Shown: one piece after another, positions 30,259 through 40,194 of the stretch
How positions within the stretch are numbered: position 1 is the stretch's first letter
How the letters are laid out: every line of letters starts with the position of its first letter
Source of the DNA: Candidatus Latescibacterota bacterium
Lineage (GTDB): Bacteria; Latescibacterota; UBA2968
Length of the DNA: 64,000 nucleotides
Assembly: GCA_965207885.1 (NCBI GenBank)
Contig: OZ242311.1
Coordinates: 4,192,001-4,256,000, forward strand
Reading direction: 5' to 3'
Translations under genes and position numbers: made by a program
Notes under the pieces: model-generated
The model's database searches: none
What the model was told of the DNA's origin: nothing
The model's input: only the letters and a program-made list of their open reading frames with translations

Positions 30259-30666
30259 ATGACCGCTCCAGATGGTGATTCCGCAGATATACTCTATGAG
30301 CAAGTCCTCGATAATGCGCGTCGGGAAATTGAAGGTGCATTGACTATAATAGAAGAATTGCGCCAATCAATCCGTCAGGTGGAAGCTCGAGTTGAAGCCG
30401 CCCAATCGATTTATAACGCCGTTACCGCGAGATTGAATCTGGAAGATGAACTGGCCGAAGAAGAAATACACCTGGACACCCTACCACCTGTTGAGCCACC
30501 TGGAGTAGCTTCAGAACCGTCGCTACCATCCAAGCCGCCCGAACCGGAAGAACCCCTGGAGGTCAATGAGGCAGAATCCCCCTCCGAACAAGAGGATGCG
30601 CCAGTGCTCTCTGAGGCTGAGCGCGCGCTTATCAGTGAACATCTGCTATCAAAGCGCAGAGGATAA
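30259..30666 (+). CDS. Hypothetical protein: coiled-coil N-half, Glu/Pro-rich tail
   Basis: AAGGA RBS; heptad-like helix; followed by a hairpin. Confidence 0.6.
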   Translation: MTAPDGDSADILYEQVLDNARREIEGALTIIEELRQSIRQVEARVEAAQSIYNAVTARLNLEDELAEEEIHLDTLPPVEPPGVASEPSLPSKPPEPEEPLEVNEAESPSEQEDAPVLSEAERALISEHLLSKRRG

Positions 30667-30689
30667 GCACCTACATACTTATCATTAAC

Positions 30690-30733
30690 AGAACAGGGCT
30701 TCGCATCTTGCAGAACTCCCTGTTCTTTGTATT
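30690..30733 (+). terminator. Possible terminator hairpin
   Basis: AGAACAGGG...CCCTGTTCT inverted repeat followed by TTGTATTTT. Confidence 0.45.
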
Positions 30734-30783
30734 TTAGGGGATGGATTTTAGAAAATGCAAACACGCCAATCGAAGGAATTTTT

Positions 30784-32229
30784 ATGAGCATGTGTGACAC
30801 GGAGAAATCCGTTGACGAGATGGACGCCCGGGAACGGGCACGCTATATTGACGATCTGACGCCCAGAGGTGGTTTATATACCGAAGTACAGCGCGAGGTA
30901 CATCCCCAGTCGAACAGCTCGTGGCGCGTATCGCCCGACCCGTGGTGGCTGCCGCCCCCAGTTCTATCACACCTTGAGGCATTGGGGCAGCATCTCTATC
31001 AGTTTTACAAAGCACTGAATCTATTGTATTCGCAAAGTATGAGGGGCATTCAGCCCGCATGGATTGCGCGGTATCTGGACCAGGGCAAATCTGAAGAAGT
31101 GATCAAATTTGGGCAAATGAGCCGATTCAAAAGCCATGTTCCCCTCGTAATTCGGCCCGATGTGATACCCACGCGAGCGGGAATGATTGCGACGGAATTG
31201 GATTCCGTGCCCGGTGGGATTGGATTTACGGCGAGCCTGGCCGAACGATATGCCACACTCGGCGATCAAATTGTGGGCGGTGCGAACGGGATGGTCACTG
31301 GATTTGCACAGATGATCCGTGACGTTGCCAGCACAGAAGCACCTGTTTTGGGCATAGTGGTCTCGGAAGAAGCATCGGCTTATCGGCCCGAAATGTCGTA
31401 TTTGAGCGACCGATTGAATGCCATTGGTCTGGAAACTCATGTCATTGGTCCCGAAGAAGTATCTTTTGTCGAAGATGGACTATTTGTCAATGGGGCAAAT
31501 GGTCGCCAGCGCATAGATGTGATATACAGGTTTTTTGAATTATTCGATTTGCGAAATCTGCCCCAAATCGATTTAATTTTTTACGCGGTACGCAAAGGCC
31601 TCGTCAAGCTCACACCCCCCTTAAAAGCGTATCACGAAGAAAAAATGATGATGGCGCTGTTTCACCATCCCCTGTTATCGGATTTCTGGCATCGACATTT
31701 GGGCAAAAAATCCGTGGCCTTTTTGCGGCAAACCTTTCCCAAGACGTGGGTCTTAGACCCCGCGCCTTTGCCCCCCCATGGCGTTATTGCGGGATTGGAA
31801 ATCGATGGGCAATCCTTTTCAGATTGGCGTGCGTTGGGGCACCTGGGACAAAAACACCGGCAACTGGTCATCAAACCCTCGGGATATTCCGAAATGGCCT
31901 GGGGCAGTCGCGGTGTAGCCATTGGGCACGACATGGCCGAACGAGATTGGCAAGGCGTGATCGACGAAGCGCTATGCGCTTTTGAACAAACACCCCATAT
32001 CATGCAGGAATTTCACAATGGCGCGACTTTTTCTGCATCGTACTACGATTACGAAACCGATCAAATCGAAACATTCAGAGGACGGGTGCGACTGCAACCC
32101 TATTATTTTGTCATAAAAAACAAAGCAGTACTTTCGGGCTTACAGGCAACGGTCTGTCCAGCAGACAAAAAAATATTGCACGGAATGGTGGATGCAGTAG
32201 TAGTACCTGGCGCAATTAAAGATACTTAA
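30784..32229 (+). CDS. Circularly permuted ATP-grasp (glutathione/glutathionylspermidine synthetase-like) protein
   Basis: IRPD...TELDSVPGG, IDVIYRFFE, VIKPSG...WGSRGV, IMQEF motifs in circularly permuted order. Confidence 0.6.
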   Translation: MSMCDTEKSVDEMDARERARYIDDLTPRGGLYTEVQREVHPQSNSSWRVSPDPWWLPPPVLSHLEALGQHLYQFYKALNLLYSQSMRGIQPAWIARYLDQGKSEEVIKFGQMSRFKSHVPLVIRPDVIPTRAGMIATELDSVPGGIGFTASLAERYATLGDQIVGGANGMVTGFAQMIRDVASTEAPVLGIVVSEEASAYRPEMSYLSDRLNAIGLETHVIGPEEVSFVEDGLFVNGANGRQRIDVIYRFFELFDLRNLPQIDLIFYAVRKGLVKLTPPLKAYHEEKMMMALFHHPLLSDFWHRHLGKKSVAFLRQTFPKTWVLDPAPLPPHGVIAGLEIDGQSFSDWRALGHLGQKHRQLVIKPSGYSEMAWGSRGVAIGHDMAERDWQGVIDEALCAFEQTPHIMQEFHNGATFSASYYDYETDQIETFRGRVRLQPYYFVIKNKAVLSGLQATVCPADKKILHGMVDAVVVPGAIKDT

Positions 32230-32240
32230 AGGTAAAAAAC

Positions 32241-33062
32241 ATGACACTTGATGAAAAACTCGCACAGCTAAATGCTTTGCTCAAAGACATGGGCAGTGTG
32301 GTCGTGGCATTTTCGGGCGGAGTTGACAGCGCGTTTTTGGCCGCGGCAGCACATCGGATTCTGGGCGACCGCGCGCTGGCAGTAACCGCAGTCTCCGCGA
32401 GTTATGCGTCTGGCGAACTCGAAAAGGCTCAAACACTGGCCGAGCAAATTGGCATTCAACTCGACATTGTCTATACCCGGGAAATGGAAAACCCCGACTA
32501 CGTAAAAAACGATCCCGATCGGTGTTTTCACTGCAAAAGCGCGCTGGCCGATAAGCTGGACGAAGTAATCGAACACTATACAGACCAATTTGAGTATTTA
32601 CTTTACGGCGCGATAGCCGACGATGTAGGTGACTATCGCCCGGGTATGGCTGCCGCTGAATCCCGGGGTATTCGCGCGCCGATGGTCGAATTGGGATTCA
32701 CCAAAGACGATGTCAGAACATTGTCAAAGCGATGGCACCTGCCCACCTGGGACATGCCCGCATCTGCGTGTTTATCTTCTCGAATACCCTATGGCACAGC
32801 CGTCACAGAGGAAGCATTGCGTAAAATTGACCGCGCCGAGCAATTTTTGAAAGCGCACGGATTTGTGCAAGTGCGCGTTCGGCACCACGAAGATATTGCC
32901 CGAATAGAAGTTCCACCTGAAGATCTGGCGCGTTTTTTTCAGGATGGTACAAACGAGGCTGTGGCCCAGGCACTGAAAAATATCGGGTATCGCTATGTAA
33001 CTCTGGATCTTCAGGGCTATCGCACGGGCAGTTTGAATGAAGCGTTATTGTTGATTCGCTGA
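32241..33062 (+). CDS. larE: ATP-dependent sulfur transferase LarE
   Basis: PP-loop SGGVDS, RCFHCK, DYRPG, ACLSSRIPYG, VRVRHH, GYRTGSLN. Confidence 0.9.
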   Translation: MTLDEKLAQLNALLKDMGSVVVAFSGGVDSAFLAAAAHRILGDRALAVTAVSASYASGELEKAQTLAEQIGIQLDIVYTREMENPDYVKNDPDRCFHCKSALADKLDEVIEHYTDQFEYLLYGAIADDVGDYRPGMAAAESRGIRAPMVELGFTKDDVRTLSKRWHLPTWDMPASACLSSRIPYGTAVTEEALRKIDRAEQFLKAHGFVQVRVRHHEDIARIEVPPEDLARFFQDGTNEAVAQALKNIGYRYVTLDLQGYRTGSLNEALLLIR

Positions 33063-33067
33063 TAAAT

Positions 33068-33610
33068 ATGGCCTTACTCGAAATAAAAAAATTCGGTTGT
33101 CCAACGCTGCGAAAAAAGGCGACACCTATCCGCGATATAACCGATGATGTGCGGCAGCTTGTTGCGGACATGTTCGAAACAATGTATGAGGCCGAAGGCG
33201 TTGGCCTTGCGGCGCAACAGGTGGGCTTTACAGGGCGACTTCTGGTAATGGATGTTCGCCCGCGCGATCCCATGTCGGAACCCCTGGTATTCATCAACCC
33301 GGAAATTTTATGGGCAGAAGGCGAATGTATTGGCGAAGAAGGGTGTCTGAGCCTGCCGGAAATTGTCGGAGATGTCAAACGTCCGGCACAGGTGCGAGTG
33401 CGCGCGCTCAACGAAAATGGAAGTGTATTTGAGATGACACTGGAAGGCATTGCCGCCAAAGCTCTTCAGCACGAAATTGATCACCTAAATGGCGTACTAA
33501 TCCTCGAACATTTCAATGCGATCAAGCGCAATTTATTGCGCGGACAATTGCGCAAACTACAGCGCGAAGGCAAAACACAGGCATCGAAATTGACGTACGT
33601 ATCGCACTGA
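33068..33610 (+). CDS. def: Peptide deformylase
   Basis: GVGLAAQQ, EGCLS, QHEIDHLNG. Confidence 0.96.
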   Translation: MALLEIKKFGCPTLRKKATPIRDITDDVRQLVADMFETMYEAEGVGLAAQQVGFTGRLLVMDVRPRDPMSEPLVFINPEILWAEGECIGEEGCLSLPEIVGDVKRPAQVRVRALNENGSVFEMTLEGIAAKALQHEIDHLNGVLILEHFNAIKRNLLRGQLRKLQREGKTQASKLTYVSH

Positions 33611-33623
33611 CAACCGACTATCT

Positions 33624-34445
33624 ATGGCATCTTATATTGATTTGCATCTGCATTCGACGCAATCGGATGGCACATTCTCTCCAATGCAGGTTGTTCAGCG
33701 AGCAGCCGAATTGAGATTATCGGCCATCAGTCTGACGGATCACGATTCGGTTGCTGGCGTGCAAGAGGCTCAGAATGTCGGTCAGAACATCGGTGTGGAA
33801 GTAATTCCCGGCATCGAATTGAGCGCGCAGGAAGCCGGCATAGACATCCACATCCTGGGCTATTTTATCGACCCTGTAAATTCGGATTTACTGGCGTATT
33901 TACAGAAATTTCAAGATGCGCGACACAATCGCGCTAAAAAAATAGTGGCTCGACTCAATCGCCTGGGCGTGCGGATCACGATGGCGCATGTATTACTCAA
34001 AGCGGGCGATGCTGCTATCGGGCGCCCCCATGTGGCGGACGTGCTGGTCGAAGAGGGTTTTGTATTTTCACACGATCACGCATTCCAAAAATATCTGGGA
34101 TATGGAAAACCCGCGTACCAACCCAAATTTGTATTGACGCCGAGCGAAGCGGTAGAAGTTATTCACGCGGCTGGTGGATTGGCCAGCCTGGCACATCCCG
34201 TTTTGTACCGCCGCGATGCTCTCATTCCCAACCTGATCAAACAGGGATTGGACGGTATAGAAGTGATGCATGTCAAACACGCCCACGCAGATGTGCGTCG
34301 CTATTCGGATATGGCAAAACACTATGGCCTCCTCTCAACTGGCGGATCAGATTGCCACGGCGATGGTCGCGGTCAAGCCGTAATGGGAACCGTTCGGGTT
34401 CCTTCGGCATTTTTGGATGCAATGAAGGAAAAATTGGCGCAGTAG
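33624..34445 (+). CDS. PHP-domain phosphoesterase (YciV/TrpH-like)
   Basis: DLHLHSTQSDG, TDHD, GRPH, AHP, GGSDCHG. Confidence 0.9.
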   Translation: MASYIDLHLHSTQSDGTFSPMQVVQRAAELRLSAISLTDHDSVAGVQEAQNVGQNIGVEVIPGIELSAQEAGIDIHILGYFIDPVNSDLLAYLQKFQDARHNRAKKIVARLNRLGVRITMAHVLLKAGDAAIGRPHVADVLVEEGFVFSHDHAFQKYLGYGKPAYQPKFVLTPSEAVEVIHAAGGLASLAHPVLYRRDALIPNLIKQGLDGIEVMHVKHAHADVRRYSDMAKHYGLLSTGGSDCHGDGRGQAVMGTVRVPSAFLDAMKEKLAQ

Positions 34446-34484
34446 AGGCGACGTCTATGTGCCGGCCCACTCCGTATTTTAGAT

Positions 34485-35462
34485 ATGAATGACATTCCAT
34501 TCTTGGACAAAAACCGGGCAGATCAGTATTTTCTAAATACCTTCGAGGTACTCAAAGCCGAAAGCCGCAATCCATCGGTGGTTATGGAGGTATTTCCCAA
34601 TGCCGATGGTCTCTTGTGCGGCATCCGAGAGGTCCTGGATATTTTGCGCCAGATATTGCCCGAAAATACAGAGATCTGGTCGCTGGAGGAAGGATCGGCA
34701 ATGGCGCGCAAAGAAGTGGTATTGCGCCTTCACGCAGATTATCGCGCCATCGGAATTTTTGAAACGGCTTTATTGGGCACGCTCGCTCACGGCAGCGGTT
34801 GGGCCACTGCGGCGCGCGCCTGTGTGGAAGCCGCGGGAGAGATACCCGTGATCAGTTTTGGCGCGCGGCACGTACATCCCGCTGTATCAGACCGCATGGA
34901 ATACGCCGCATTAATCGGGGGCTGTGCGAGCTGTGCAACACCGGCAGGCGCAGCCCTATCCGATCAAAAAGCATCGGGCACCATGCCACACGCTCTGATG
35001 TTGATTTACGGCGATACAGTAGCTGCCGCCCGGGCTTTTGATACCCACATGCCAGATTCCGTGCGACGTGTTATACTGGTAGATACATTTCGAGACGAAG
35101 CCGAAGAAAGCGTGCGCGTCGCGCGTGCAATGGCCGGACGATTGTGGGGAGTCCGCCTGGATACACCCTCGGAATTGGGTGGGGTTACACCCGATCTGGT
35201 CTGGCGCGTGCGCAGGGCATTGGACGATGCGGGCTTTGACCAGGTGGGGATTTTTGTAAGTGGCGGGTTAACGCCCGAGCGGATTTCAGAATTTGTGCGG
35301 CTGAAGTGTCCGATTGTCGGTTTTGGCGTGGGCAGTGCAATCAGCGGCGCATCCCCGATTGATTTTACAGCAGACATTAAGCAAATCGATGGCAAACCCA
35401 TCGCCAAACGCGGTCGCAAACCGGGTATTCAGGACAATCCTCGGCTTCGAAAAAAGAAGTAG
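34485..35462 (+). CDS. pncB: Nicotinate phosphoribosyltransferase (short type)
   Basis: ADQYF, FGARHVHP, GTMPHA, LVDTF, VRLDTP, VSGG, GVGSAI, KRGR. Confidence 0.8.
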   Translation: MNDIPFLDKNRADQYFLNTFEVLKAESRNPSVVMEVFPNADGLLCGIREVLDILRQILPENTEIWSLEEGSAMARKEVVLRLHADYRAIGIFETALLGTLAHGSGWATAARACVEAAGEIPVISFGARHVHPAVSDRMEYAALIGGCASCATPAGAALSDQKASGTMPHALMLIYGDTVAAARAFDTHMPDSVRRVILVDTFRDEAEESVRVARAMAGRLWGVRLDTPSELGGVTPDLVWRVRRALDDAGFDQVGIFVSGGLTPERISEFVRLKCPIVGFGVGSAISGASPIDFTADIKQIDGKPIAKRGRKPGIQDNPRLRKKK

Positions 35463-35500
35463 CGGTTCGTGTTATGGTGTCCCTCTATGTGGAGTGGAAA

Positions 35501-35746
35501 TTGAATATCAAAGTACTCTTTTTTGCATCTTGTCGCGACTTGATTGGCACTGGTGAGCGGGCAATGACACTACCAGATGGTGCGACAGTAACGGATTTGA
35601 TATCAAAGCTCGCAATGGAACAGGCGCGATTTACAGACATGGCACCGAGTTTGATGGTATCGGTCAATCAGGCGTATGTGGAACGGGATGCGGAACTCCA
35701 AGATGGCGATGAGATAGCATTCATTCCCCCTGTAAGTGGTGGATAG
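35501..35746 (+). CDS. moaD: MoaD/ThiS sulfur carrier
   Basis: IKVLFFA start, C-terminal IPPVSGG; GGAG RBS before TTG at 35501. Confidence 0.9.
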   Translation: MNIKVLFFASCRDLIGTGERAMTLPDGATVTDLISKLAMEQARFTDMAPSLMVSVNQAYVERDAELQDGDEIAFIPPVSGG

Positions 35747-35790
35747 GAGCAGGACCTGTGCCCGCCCTTCCGCCGTTAGAGGAAATTATT

Positions 35791-36234
35791 ATGGCTGGCG
35801 ATGTGTATAAAATTCAGGACAAAGAGATAAAACCAGATGCGTTATACAATGCGGTGCTGGCAAATTCGGACGGCGCTGTAACCACATTTGCGGGCGTGGT
35901 GCGAGACAATACAAAAGGGCGCGGAACCTCTTACCTGGTCTATGATGCGTATAGAGACATGGCCGAAAAGAAAATGCGTGAAATTGGAGATGAGGTAAAA
36001 GAAAAATGGGAGGTGGATTGCGTGGGAATATTGCACCGCGTGGGACGGTTGGAAATTGGGGAAATCAGCGTGCTAATCGCGATTTCTTCCCCACATCGCA
36101 AAGCGTCTTTGGAAGCGTGTCACTACGCGATTGATCGGTTAAAACAGACCGTACCGATTTGGAAAAAAGAAGTTTGGACAGACGGAGGTGAAGCCTGGAT
36201 CGAGGGCGACCCATCTGCCTCGGTGTCGAGATGA
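35791..36234 (+). CDS. moaE: Molybdopterin synthase catalytic subunit
   Basis: GAVTTFAGVVRD, HRVGRL, SPHR, VPIWKKE. Confidence 0.93.
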   Translation: MAGDVYKIQDKEIKPDALYNAVLANSDGAVTTFAGVVRDNTKGRGTSYLVYDAYRDMAEKKMREIGDEVKEKWEVDCVGILHRVGRLEIGEISVLIAISSPHRKASLEACHYAIDRLKQTVPIWKKEVWTDGGEAWIEGDPSASVSR

Positions 36235-36256
36235 GAGTCAGTAAAAAAGTAACGCG

Positions 36257-36291
36257 AACCGCAGGACTGAGAACGTCCTGCGGTTTTTTTT
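36257..36291. terminator. Terminator between convergent genes
   Basis: AACCGCAGGAC/GTCCTGCGGTT stem with T-run. Confidence 0.8.
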
Positions 36292-37732
36292 ATACTTTTT
36301 GCAATGCGGCGTGAAAAGTCCAGAGACGCCATTGGGCATTGTCGAAATTTGAGAGTTTGATCCGTATTTCCGAAGATCCAACTGGAAGGTCACATGGAAT
36401 ATGGTCAATGGCGAACCCATTCTCATGTTCCCCCGCGTGGATCTCCTCGCCATTGACCCACACGCGAATCCAATCGTCGTAACCGATGGCAAGGGTGTAC
36501 GCCTCTGCTTCGGACAGAGTAATTTGTCCCACCGCATAAGCCGAGACATTGGCGGGTTGGGTGCCCACATTGGTGCGTTTGCGACCTCGAAGGTGCCGCG
36601 TGAAATCGCACCAACCCCGCTCTGAATCCGCGTGAATAGGCATAGAAAATATGGTGGGCGCATTCTCACCCATGTAGATGTCAAAATCAGCGGTATGGGC
36701 ATCGGGCCAATCCGCGACAGATTTCTCGGCCCATTCGGACCGATTGAAATCTTCGCGTGTATTGCAGGGAAAAGGCCCGGCGATTTGCCATTGAGTTGGA
36801 GTGAGAATAGCCGGGGATTCGGCGGGATTGACATAGGCGTAAATAACGCTTTCAAGATCATTCCCGCGGGAGCCAAAACGAATAATAGCCGAATGATCAA
36901 ACCATATTGGATCGGGACCAAAAAAGCGGTACATCACCCCTTCGTAACCAGAGCCACCCGCCGTGTGTCCAGTACTCCGATGGATATGCGGCGCGCCGAC
37001 CCAGTCGGTTTGTGCCTTCCATATCCCAAAGCTCATATTGAAAATATCCTCGCCGCCAATGCCGCGCAGGGCGTGAGGATCGCTTTCACCATCGAGCAAC
37101 CACAGGTCTCCCCCGGTATGATACCAGCCATCAGCGCGATCTCTTACCACCACACCCTTGATCATGCCCGCGATGAATCCACTACCCGAATAGTCGGCCA
37201 TCAGCATACTACCCAGCGATTGAGCGGGATATTCGCCCCGGTGCGTGACGTGAAGGCGCAATGGAGTTAATTCGGTATTGTCATACGACGACCAATCGGC
37301 CATGAACCAGAGCGAAATGGCGCGACCACTATTATTCGTGATTTCGAGACGCAGCGATTTGAAAGGGACGGGCAAATAACAATTGAGCGCGTTTTTGGGA
37401 AGGATTTTGATGGCCGCACTATCAATGGGATAAATATCGTGTTCAAAGAGAATGGCAAAAAAACGAGCGATGGGGAGATCGACAGTGGGATCGTCCTCCC
37501 CATCGCAATAGAGGCGGAGTTGCAAATCGTGGATGGGATCGCGCGCATCGCCTTCGCGCTTATACCCATAAGTGAGCCACCAGTGATGGATACACCCTGG
37601 ACCTTCTTCATCAAAGAGAACTGCCGTTTCGCCAGAAGCCACATTGGGACGACGGGTAACGCGCTGACTTTTGCCGCGAATGGGCAATTCGAGCTCTGCG
37701 TGAAAAAGGCGATTCATCAATGGAATATTCAA
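36290..37732 (-). CDS. DUF2961 (GH172-like) protein with C-terminal beta-sandwich
   Basis: GPGCIHHWW, LRLYCDGE, NCYLPVPF, GIGGEDIF, YRFFGPDPIWF. Confidence 0.65.
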   Translation of the reverse strand: MNIPLMNRLFHAELELPIRGKSQRVTRRPNVASGETAVLFDEEGPGCIHHWWLTYGYKREGDARDPIHDLQLRLYCDGEDDPTVDLPIARFFAILFEHDIYPIDSAAIKILPKNALNCYLPVPFKSLRLEITNNSGRAISLWFMADWSSYDNTELTPLRLHVTHRGEYPAQSLGSMLMADYSGSGFIAGMIKGVVVRDRADGWYHTGGDLWLLDGESDPHALRGIGGEDIFNMSFGIWKAQTDWVGAPHIHRSTGHTAGGSGYEGVMYRFFGPDPIWFDHSAIIRFGSRGNDLESVIYAYVNPAESPAILTPTQWQIAGPFPCNTREDFNRSEWAEKSVADWPDAHTADFDIYMGENAPTIFSMPIHADSERGWCDFTRHLRGRKRTNVGTQPANVSAYAVGQITLSEAEAYTLAIGYDDWIRVWVNGEEIHAGEHENGFAIDHIPCDLPVGSSEIRIKLSNFDNAQWRLWTFHAALQKV

Positions 37733-37824
37733 TCTGATTTTTTGTGTTCAGAAGAAATAACAATAAAACCAATGACGAACAAAGTCACTATAAATGTCAT
37801 AAACAGCATCATTCCAACAGGCAT
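37729..37824 (-). CDS. 31-aa single-TM microprotein (MPVGMMLFMTFIVTLFVIGFIVISSEHKKSD), absent from the ORF track
   Basis: AAAAGGAGG RBS 6 nt before ATG; hydrophobic helix and basic tail; its TGA overlaps the TTG start of the DUF2961 gene. Confidence 0.65.
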   Translation of the reverse strand: MPVGMMLFMTFIVTLFVIGFIVISSEHKKSD

Positions 37825-37865
37825 TGTGTGCCTCCTTTTGGCTTAATGAATTGTAAAAAATCCTC

Positions 37866-39590
37866 TTATGCTGTAAAGAAAGCGACGACGGTCCAGCAGA
37901 TTGCTGCCATGCCAGCGGCAATGGAGGCTTGTGGAATTTGCGTTTTGACGTGATCCATCAGATCGCAACCCGTACACATAGAACTGAGAACCGTAGTATC
38001 TGAAATGGGCGAGCACTGATCGCCGTAAACGCTACCGTCTATAACGGCGGCAAAACACAGCGTCATAAAAAGTTCGGGATGTGAAAGACCATTTGCACCC
38101 GCAACCGCCCAGGCCAGTGGCATAGCCAGTGGGAAAGCAACTGCATACGTGCCCCAACTCGTACCTGTGGAAAAGGCAATCGCCATAGTGAGAATTTGAA
38201 GCAAGACCGGCAAAATGAAATATGGAATGGTATCTCCGAGTTGCTCCACCAAAAAGATGCCTCCGCCCGTTTCCTTGCTGATACCGCCAATAGTGATGGC
38301 GAGCAAGAGAATAACCGAGCCGAGCACCACGCCTTTGAGACCATCGTGAAAACCCGCGACAATGTCTTTGAGCGACATGCCCTTGGCAAGAGCCATACCC
38401 ACGGCTATCAGAAGCGCGATGCCAAAAGCCCATTGCACATTGGGAGACCCGCTGGTAATAAAAGTCCCGATAGCAATGGCGATAAGCGCGCCCAGAGGCA
38501 GGAAAAATTCGAGGACATGCGGCGTGTAGCCTTCGGGCACATTGCTTCCCTGCAATTCTTTAGCACTCAAAGGATCGGCATCGTCGGCGTCGAGTTGCCC
38601 GGTCTCTCGAGAACGCTGCATAGCTTCCTTGAGTTGCTTGCCCAAAAAGAGGGGTTTTTCAATACTGAGCAGGAACGTGCCCAACACGGCGAAAATCGCG
38701 TAAAAGCAGAACGGGACACTTTTAAAAAAGAAGAGAAGGCGGTCGGCTTCAGTAGCTAAAAAACTGACGCCAGCGACAAAGATAAAAGCCTGAACATAGC
38801 CGGGCCAAGCGTTGAAAGCGAGTTGTGAGGCAATCGGTGAAGCAGTCGAATCGACGATGTACGCAAGTTCTTCGTGGCTAATTTTTTCCTCGTCGGCAAT
38901 GGGTTTGACAGTTGTTCCGACCAGCACGGTGCTGACAGTGCCGCCCTGAAAGAAAATAACACCGAGCATCCAGGCGACGAGCTTGGCACTTTTGGGACCG
39001 CGAACAAAACGCACAGTCATAAACTCGGCAAAAGCTTGCGCTGCACCCGTGCGCGACCATATCCCCATAAGCCCGCCCAGGAGCCACAAATAGAGCAATA
39101 AGATACTCGCGGCATTTGTCGTTGATAATGAGGGAATTAAAACCTCGCCCGTAAAGTCATAGCGAGTCAAAATAAGCGCGCCCGAAATAATACCGCCCAA
39201 AAGAGCTGTAACGGGTTCTTTGGTAATCCAGCACAAGAGCACGGCCACCACCGCGGGCAGCAGTGACCAGTAGCCCCAGTGGTGTTTTGCGAGGAGTTGA
39301 TAATATTTTGTTTCTCCATCCTCTACCGATGAGACAAATTCCTCTTTGATGGGAGGCGTTTCGCTGGATCCGTGTATTCTCGAGGGGTTGAGCTGCGCTT
39401 GCTCAAGCGGCACCGCATCGAAATAGGCAGGTTTTCCTCTGTAGGTGTAATACAGATTGCCGCTATCGTCTGTGAGGACGTCTAAGGTGATTTGTTCAAC
39501 GGTCCATGTAGGCGGCACAGTTGACCCTACAATCCACGACACGATTATGGCGATGGCAAAAATGACAAAATTGCGAATACCTGTAGGCAT
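37866..39590 (-). CDS. NhaC-family Na+/H+ antiporter-like transporter
   Basis: [49 protein letters not shown]; GGAGG RBS. Confidence 0.85.
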   Translation of the reverse strand: MPTGIRNFVIFAIAIIVSWIVGSTVPPTWTVEQITLDVLTDDSGNLYYTYRGKPAYFDAVPLEQAQLNPSRIHGSSETPPIKEEFVSSVEDGETKYYQLLAKHHWGYWSLLPAVVAVLLCWITKEPVTALLGGIISGALILTRYDFTGEVLIPSLSTTNAASILLLYLWLLGGLMGIWSRTGAAQAFAEFMTVRFVRGPKSAKLVAWMLGVIFFQGGTVSTVLVGTTVKPIADEEKISHEELAYIVDSTASPIASQLAFNAWPGYVQAFIFVAGVSFLATEADRLLFFFKSVPFCFYAIFAVLGTFLLSIEKPLFLGKQLKEAMQRSRETGQLDADDADPLSAKELQGSNVPEGYTPHVLEFFLPLGALIAIAIGTFITSGSPNVQWAFGIALLIAVGMALAKGMSLKDIVAGFHDGLKGVVLGSVILLLAITIGGISKETGGGIFLVEQLGDTIPYFILPVLLQILTMAIAFSTGTSWGTYAVAFPLAMPLAWAVAGANGLSHPELFMTLCFAAVIDGSVYGDQCSPISDTTVLSSMCTGCDLMDHVKTQIPQASIAAGMAAICWTVVAFFTA

Positions 39591-39711
39591 ATACTTCCTC
39601 CAGAGTAAGGGTCTAAAAACACGGGGAGAAGGTGTCCAAAAATAAGGCGGTAAAATGCACTTGTCAATTGCTTTGGCGCGGGATGAGCATGGGAAATCGG
39701 GATAAAACAAG

Positions 39712-39739
39712 TTGACTTTGTGCATAAGTTTGTTACATT
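39712..39739 (+). promoter_or_regulatory. Putative sigma70 promoter
   Basis: TTGACT-16 nt-TACATT upstream of the small Zn-ribbon gene. Confidence 0.45.
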
Positions 39740-39842
39740 ATCTTCAAATTTATTCCCTGGCCATGATCACCCCTATTTATGGCCGAAAGGGTTGTGTGCA
39801 TGGCGAGATTTTTTTAACGACGCCGGTGGAGAGGAGGGTTTT

Positions 39843-40034
39843 ATGGAGCAAGCGTTTCCACAGTGTTTGAAGTGCAACACGGGTATTTTGCTACCGCTGT
39901 CGGATTATGGGCGCGATGGGGCATCTATCATGTACAAAGCATGGGTATGCAACAATCCCAACTGCGGATTTAATTTGCGGATTGACAACGGTGAAATTAG
40001 CACGGGCCGGGATATTACCGAGTCCTACAAGTAG
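39843..40034 (+). CDS. Small zinc-ribbon protein (63 aa)
   Basis: GAGGAGG RBS; CLKC...CNNPNC. Confidence 0.75.
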   Translation: MEQAFPQCLKCNTGILLPLSDYGRDGASIMYKAWVCNNPNCGFNLRIDNGEISTGRDITESYK

Positions 40035-40038
40035 AGCT

Positions 40039-40080
40039 GCCATTTCGGCGGGGAATACCTCGCCGAAATGGTTGTTTTTC
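40039..40080 (+). terminator. Intrinsic terminator
   Basis: CCATTTCGGCG...CGCCGAAATGG stem then TTGTTTTT. Confidence 0.8.
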
Positions 40081-40194
40081 CCCTTACCGGTTTGCCGTTT
40101 CACCTTCTCCAAAAAGGGCGGCACCGGTTTCTTTCTTTTTTCCCTTCGTATGCCGATACACTCCCCTTAATTTCCCAACAACTGATACATACTT

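Noticed and set aside
39591-39725. Riboswitch or N-terminal extension upstream of the NhaC-family gene
   Set aside because: No lysine, SAM or glycine aptamer consensus recognised; the SD supports the start at 39590
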